The position numbers and the translations under genes were made by a program. A stretch of DNA of 32,000 bases from Longivirga aurantiaca (GTDB lineage: Bacteria > Actinomycetota > Actinomycetes > S36-B12 > CAIYMF01). The stretch is taken from positions 2,025,604 through 2,057,603 of the forward strand of contig NZ_JBHSTI010000008.1 in the NCBI RefSeq assembly GCF_042660085.1. The letters are read 5' to 3'. The notes under the pieces were generated by a model, which saw nothing but the letters and a program-made list of their open reading frames with translations, was not told where the DNA came from and searched no databases. Shown one piece after another: positions 29,428-32,000 of this stretch (position 1 is the first letter of the stretch; each line of letters begins with the position of its first letter).

Positions 29428-29513
29428 CCGGGGGCGCGACGCTTCGGTGCTGGACCGTCGCGCCCCCGGCCAGCACGGCAGAGACCCCCCGACCGCGAGG
29501 TCCGGGGGGTCTC
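29428..29513. terminator. Tandem hairpins ending the fab operon
   Basis: ccgggggcgcgac/gtcgcgcccccgg (29428-29440/29457-29469) and gagacccccc/ggggggtctc (29481-29490/29504-29513). Confidence 0.8.
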
Positions 29514-29550
29514 CGCTTCTTCCCTCAGGGAGGAGGGATGTCGGGGGCGG

Positions 29551-30093
29551 TCACACCACCTGGTGCAGCCAGCGGACGGGCGTGCCCTCCCCGGCGGTGC
29601 GGAAGGGCTCGAGCTCGGTGTCCCACGGACCGCCGAGCAGGATCTCGATCTCGTCCTGCACCGGCTCGCCGATCTCGAGGGCGCGCGCGATGGCGGCGCG
29701 GACGCGATTCTCGCTCAGCATCACGTCGCCCGTCGGGCCGATGGCCGAGCGGTGGACGCCGAGCACAGGGGTTCCGGAGTACCGCTCGCCCTCGGAGGTC
29801 GCGGTCGGCTCCTCGGTGACCTCGAAGCGCAGCTTGCGCCAGCCCTGCAGCACCGATGCGATACGGGCGGCCGTGCCCACGGGACCGGTCCAGCTGATGT
29901 CGGCGCGGACGGTGCCCGCCTGCACGGGCTGCGCCGACCAGTCGAGGTCGACCCGGGATCCCAGGATGTCCGCGAGGGCCCACTCGACATGGGTCGCCAC
30001 GGCGCGGGGGCAGGAATGCACGAAGACGACGCCACGGGTGACCCGTGCGCCGCGGGGCTCGCGGGAGCCCGAGGTGCCACTGCGTTCGGTCAT
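29551..30093 (-). CDS. DUF3145 domain-containing protein
   Basis: TRGVVFVHSCPRAVATHVEWALADILG...GTPVRWLHQVV. Confidence 0.88.
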   Translation of the reverse strand: MTERSGTSGSREPRGARVTRGVVFVHSCPRAVATHVEWALADILGSRVDLDWSAQPVQAGTVRADISWTGPVGTAARIASVLQGWRKLRFEVTEEPTATSEGERYSGTPVLGVHRSAIGPTGDVMLSENRVRAAIARALEIGEPVQDEIEILLGGPWDTELEPFRTAGEGTPVRWLHQVV

Positions 30094-30421
30094 CGCCAGC
30101 TCTCTCTCGTGTCAGGGACGCCTTCCCCAGCGGCCTCACGAGAACCACGAGCACGATCACGAACGCAGGATCACGATAGCCGCTCGCGCCACGCCCGCAC
30201 CACCCGCATCGCCGGTACTTCGCAGAACGTGACCGAGCGGGTACATTCGGTGAAGACCGGGTGACCCCCGAACGGGTGTCACCCGTATGGCGCAACTCGG
30301 CACGACGGCTTGAGTCCACCTCCCTGCCGTGCCGAGACCATGAATGGACGGCACCGCTCCCGCGGGGCCGCGGGAGAGTGCCGGCGCACGCCGGGACCGT
30401 GCACGAGGGGAGGACGTCGTC

Positions 30422-30850
30422 ATGTCGGAGGACAGCGAGATCTTCATGACCGAGATGTACGACGAGGGCGTCGTCACCGAGGTGATCCGCCCGGCCGCGA
30501 TCGTGCCCGAGGAGTCGGCGCGGGCCATCCTCGTGGAGCTCGCGCTCCAGGACGTGCAGTACGGCGGCCTCTGGCTGTCGGACCCGTCGCGCTGGGCGCT
30601 CTACGACACCCCCTGGGCTGCGGCCGGCCAGCCCGGCGCCTCGCAGCTCATCGGGTCGATCCAGGTCGCCTACGGCACCCCGACCCGGTACGAGATCACC
30701 ATCTACCGGGCCACGGTCACGCGCCGCGGCACCGAGCTGGGCTGGTCGGTCTCCTCGCTCTGCGACAAGGCCCTCGGCTACGGCTCGCTCGACCTCGCCA
30801 CCTGCCCCCGGGCCTCGCTCACCGCTCCCCCGAAGCCGTTCCACTTCTAG
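30422..30850 (+). CDS. Conserved hypothetical protein
   Basis: Intact ORF MSEDSEIFMTEMYDEGVVTEVIRPAAIVPEESARAIL...PPKPFHF; ATG at 30422. Confidence 0.7.
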   Translation: MSEDSEIFMTEMYDEGVVTEVIRPAAIVPEESARAILVELALQDVQYGGLWLSDPSRWALYDTPWAAAGQPGASQLIGSIQVAYGTPTRYEITIYRATVTRRGTELGWSVSSLCDKALGYGSLDLATCPRASLTAPPKPFHF

Positions 30851-30853
30851 GCG

Positions 30854-30955
30854 TCAGAACCAGGTCGCCCCGAGGAAGACGGCACCGAGCATCGAGCCGA
30901 CGACCAGCACGGACACGCCCACGACGACCCACCGGGCTCCCACGCGACTGATCAC
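30854..30955 (-). CDS. Possible 33-aa single-TM small protein
   Basis: GTG-started ORF VISRVGARWVVVGVSVLVVGSMLGAVFLGATWF; no clear Shine-Dalgarno. Confidence 0.3.
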   Translation of the reverse strand: MISRVGARWVVVGVSVLVVGSMLGAVFLGATWF

Positions 30956-31084
30956 GCCACGACCCTAGGCGACCGGTCGGCCCGCGCCACCCGGGGCACC
31001 CTGCGGGCCCTTCGCCGCCCCTCATACGCGCGGCAGCGGGCGGCTCACACGTTCTTCACAGGATCGGGCACGAGAGTTCCTGTC

Positions 31085-32000
31085 ATGAGCAGCGCCACGG
31101 TCTCCCGCCCGAAGGCCCCGGCACCCCAGCCCGGGGCGCGCCGGACCCGCCGCACCCGCCGCGCCGGCGACGTCTTCGTCGCCCTCGCGGGCGTCGGCCT
31201 CGGGCTCGTGGTCGGCATCCAGGTCGCGACCAGCACCGGCGTGGGCGGCCCCGGCGGCCTGCTCATCGAGCTCTCCCGCTGGGCCGGCCTCGTCGGCACC
31301 TACCTCGCCCTGCTCGTCATCTTCCTCGTCGCCCGCGTGCCCGTCGTCGAGCGGGCCGTGGGCCTCGACCGGATGATCTCCTGGCACCGCAAGCTGGGGC
31401 CGCTGTCGCTGGTGCTGATCGCCGCTCACGTCGTGCTCGTCACCGCGGGCTACGGCGCCTCCGCCGCGACGTCGTACCTCGGGCAGACCTGGATCTTCCT
31501 GTCGGAGTACCCGTGGGTGCTCCCGGCCCTCGCCGGCTTCGTGCTCATGCTCGTCGCCGGCATCACCTCGTGGCGCGTGGCGCGTCGTCGGATGAAGTAC
31601 GAGACCTGGTGGGTCACCCATCTGTACTTCTACCTCGCGATCGCGCTCGCCTACCTGCACCAGATCACCCTCGGCCAGCCGTTCGCCACGCACACCTGGG
31701 CGCGGTGGGCCTGGATCGCCCTCTACCTGGTCACGTTCGTGCCGCTCGTGGTCTTCCGCGTCGCGCTGCCCGTCTGGAGCTCGCTGCGGCACAACCTGAA
31801 GGTGCACGCGGTCGTCCGCGAGAGCGCCGACACGATCAGCGTCTGGGTGAGCGGCCGCAACCTCGCGGCGCTGGACGTGAAGGGCGGCCAGTTCTTCGGC
31901 TGGCGCTTCCTCACCCGCGACCGCTGGTGGCAGTCGCACCCCTACTCGATCTCGATCGGTCCCGACGCCCGCTACCTGCGCATCACGGTGAAGGACCTCG
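31085..32000 (+). CDS. Ferric reductase-like / ferredoxin reductase-type transmembrane protein (truncated by window end)
   Basis: Open + strand frame absent from the supplied track because it has no stop before 32000: MSSATVSRPKAPAP...RMISWHRKLGPLSLVLIAAHVVLV...THLYFYLAIALAYLHQ...VKGGQFFGWRFLTRDRWWQSHPYSIS. Confidence 0.88.
   Translation, partial: MSSATVSRPKAPAPQPGARRTRRTRRAGDVFVALAGVGLGLVVGIQVATSTGVGGPGGLLIELSRWAGLVGTYLALLVIFLVARVPVVERAVGLDRMISWHRKLGPLSLVLIAAHVVLVTAGYGASAATSYLGQTWIFLSEYPWVLPALAGFVLMLVAGITSWRVARRRMKYETWWVTHLYFYLAIALAYLHQITLGQPFATHTWARWAWIALYLVTFVPLVVFRVALPVWSSLRHNLKVHAVVRESADTISVWVSGRNLAALDVKGGQFFGWRFLTRDRWWQSHPYSISIGPDARYLRITVKDL

Overview
The window is chromosomal DNA from a high-GC actinobacterium, probably Micrococcales or Cellulomonadaceae-like judging by gene content and order. 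It is mostly housekeeping: rnpB, an RNB-family ribonuclease, yaaA, a sirtuin, an RNase H/phosphatase fusion, a Nif3-like protein, thioredoxin, a DEAD-box helicase, an HD-GYP protein, tRNA-Val(TAC), a peroxiredoxin, aceE, a pirin, and a type II fatty-acid operon (fasR-like, fabD, fabH, acpP, fabF, carboxyltransferase). Observations worth a second look: (1) a ~3.03 kb segment (13565-16593) bounded by 89-bp inverted repeats (87/89 identical), with an 8-bp direct repeat CCTCAGGC directly outside both ends. It carries one secreted beta-helix/PxKF-type protein and no transposase. (2) Two tandem paralogous LAxTG-anchored secreted proteins that share a conserved leader with a covarying helix, a candidate structured RNA I cannot assign to a known class. 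(3) A FabD with a C-terminal biotinyl/lipoyl-like domain that lacks the attachment lysine. (4) Several strong hairpins and palindromes in regulatory positions. I did not find a defence system, CRISPR array or prophage.
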